64,000 nt of DNA, from assembly GCA_963766715.1 (NCBI GenBank), contig CAVYBH010000002.1, forward strand, positions 1 to 64,000, in the 5' to 3' direction. The stretch is from an uncultured delta proteobacterium. GTDB taxonomy: Bacteria > Myxococcota > Myxococcia > Myxococcales > Anaeromyxobacteraceae. The translations under genes and the position numbers were made by a program. Positions 62,368-64,000 of this stretch are shown here, piece by piece. The first letter of the stretch is position 1. Each line of letters starts with the position of its first letter. The notes beneath the pieces are model-generated. The model was not told the origin of the DNA and did not search any database. It worked only from the letters and a program-made list of their open reading frames with translations.

Positions 62368-64000
62368 GTGGGAATCAAGCATTCGACGAGGCTTCTCGCC
62401 GCAGTCATCGCGTTCGTCGGCGTGGCGGGGTCGACCGTCGGTTGCTCCAGCGGCGGCGGCGCCAGCAAGACTCCGACCTACCCGATCGACTCCACCGTCG
62501 CGAAGACGACCGCCCGGGTGCTCCGGTTCCCCGTGCCCGTGCAGCCAACCGGCCCCGGCTCGACCACCGGCCTCTACAAGACCGAGCTCGACCAGGTCGG
62601 GAACTACGGCCGCTTCGACCCGCCGTACGGCGCCTGGACCTACAGCTCCGAGGGCCTTCCGGTGGTCCAGCGGACCGACCTGATGCCGGCCCACTTCATC
62701 CCGGGCTCGCTCCCCCGGATCCAGCACTTCGCGAGCTTCTTCGCCATCACGGACATCCACGTCACCGACAAGGAGGCGCCGAACCAGTTCATCTACCTCC
62801 AGCAGGAGAACGCGACGTTCTCCGGCAGCAACACCTCCATCTACTCGCCAGTCATGCCCTACACGACGCACGTCCTCGACGCGGCCATCCAGACGGTGAA
62901 CGCGCTCCACGCCCAGGCGCCCTTCGACTTCGGACTGTCGCTCGGCGACGCGGCCAACAGCACGTCGCTGAACGAGCTCCGCTGGTACATCGACGTCATC
63001 GACGGCCAGTGGATCACCCCGAGCTCGGGCGCCCACCTCGGGGCCAGCACGGTCGACTTCCAGAAGCCGTACCAGGCGGCGGGGCTCGACAAGGCGATCC
63101 CCTTCTACCAGGCGCTCGGCAACCACGATCACTTCCAGATCGGCTCGTTTCCCGTCTACGCGGACCCGTCGCTCGGGCTCGCCGAGGCGTACGTGGCCGG
63201 CGCCGTCTGGGCGACTCCGGACATCCTCGTCCCCTGGCCTCCGAACTTCCCGAGGATCGCCAACATGGACAACCTCCGGAACCCGGCGCCTCCGGTGCCC
63301 TCCGCCCGGTACTACCAGGGCGTGATCGACGGCGGCTCGGCGACCGGCGCGATCACCGGCGCGGGACCTGTCGGATGGCTCGACGCCCCACCGCCGGTCG
63401 CGGCCGATCCCGCTCGCCGCTCCCTCCTCAAGACGGAGTGGATCCAGGAGTTCTTCGACACGACGTCCAACCCGGTCGGCCACGGCTTCGCGCTCGTCGA
63501 CCCCGATCAGCCGGAGGGCTTCGCCTGCTACAGCTTCCTGCCGGTTCCGGGCGTGCCGCTCAAGGTGATCGTCCTCGACGTCACGCAGTCGGAGACCGAC
63601 GGCTCGAAGGACATCCACGGACACGGGTACCTCGACGCGAACCGCTGGGCCTGGCTCCAGCGGGAGCTCGACGCCGGACAGGCCGCGAACCAGCTCATGG
63701 TCATCGCCGCCCACATCCCGATCGGCGTGTCGGGCGTGGCGAGCGGCATGGAATGGTGGGACTCCGCCGCGGACCCGGACGTGAGGCCCGAGGCGCAGAA
63801 CGCGGTGTCCCTGACGGAGCTGGTCGCGAAGCTCCAGGCCACGCCGAACTTCCTGGTGTGGCTCGCCGGGCACCGCCATTTCAACGTCGTGAAGGCCTTC
63901 CCCCCGGTGGACCCCGGCGAGCGCGAGAGCGCGCCCTGGAAGGGGTTCTGGCAGGTGGAGACCTCCTCGCTGCGCGACTTCCCCCAGCAGTTCCGCACCT
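62368..64000 (+). CDS. Calcineurin-like metallophosphoesterase lipoprotein (RPA4764/TIGR03768-like), 3' partial; absent from the ORF track
   Basis: GTG start; signal ending TVGC; ITDIHVTDKEAP, LGDAAN, GNHD, AAHIP, AGHRH, FWQVETSSLRDFPQQFR; open to the window end. Confidence 0.85.
   Translation, partial: MGIKHSTRLLAAVIAFVGVAGSTVGCSSGGGASKTPTYPIDSTVAKTTARVLRFPVPVQPTGPGSTTGLYKTELDQVGNYGRFDPPYGAWTYSSEGLPVVQRTDLMPAHFIPGSLPRIQHFASFFAITDIHVTDKEAPNQFIYLQQENATFSGSNTSIYSPVMPYTTHVLDAAIQTVNALHAQAPFDFGLSLGDAANSTSLNELRWYIDVIDGQWITPSSGAHLGASTVDFQKPYQAAGLDKAIPFYQALGNHDHFQIGSFPVYADPSLGLAEAYVAGAVWATPDILVPWPPNFPRIANMDNLRNPAPPVPSARYYQGVIDGGSATGAITGAGPVGWLDAPPPVAADPARRSLLKTEWIQEFFDTTSNPVGHGFALVDPDQPEGFACYSFLPVPGVPLKVIVLDVTQSETDGSKDIHGHGYLDANRWAWLQRELDAGQAANQLMVIAAHIPIGVSGVASGMEWWDSAADPDVRPEAQNAVSLTELVAKLQATPNFLVWLAGHRHFNVVKAFPPVDPGERESAPWKGFWQVETSSLRDFPQQFRT

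Noticed and set aside
62314..63879. 521-aa minus-strand ORF and other long shadow ORFs (8699-10450, 32576-35281, 30573-33005, 42883-45096)
   Set aside because: These are antisense or off-frame shadows of real genes in high-GC DNA, with no motifs. The real gene here is the + strand metallophosphoesterase.

Overview
Very GC-rich bacterial chromosomal DNA. The gene content points to Myxococcota, probably Anaeromyxobacter-like; this is an inference from Cys-rich lipoproteins, an ECF/caspase module, a sigma54 activator and the recN-NAD kinase-rarA neighbourhood. About 60 CDS are supported, and roughly half are broken by single-base indels, most likely long-read consensus errors. I found no rRNA, tRNA, CRISPR array, integrase or transposase. 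The left half is accessory: signalling, secreted hydrolases, a long divergent GlpX-like protein, an ECF sigma/anti-sigma/surface-caspase module and a kdsB-kdnB-kdnA (Kdo8N) cassette. The right half is mostly housekeeping (cls, mobA, fabI, IscA-like, PduO-type, rarA, nadK, recN, PP2C, panE). The best leads are: (1) the ECF/ZAS anti-sigma/caspase-barrel/RCC1-lipoprotein module as a candidate trans-envelope proteolytic signalling system; (2) a 589-aa GlpX-like phosphatase with long extensions; (3) Kdo8N genes in a myxobacterium-like host; (4) a 1.85-kb AraC+DsrE islet flanked by a 30-bp duplication of the PP2C gene 3' end, with no integrase; (5) a structured 78-bp tandem repeat upstream of a minimal metzincin lipoprotein; (6) a J-domain protein with MshEN-like repeats; (7) many apparently leaderless genes. 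All family assignments come from motif recognition by eye; no searches were run.
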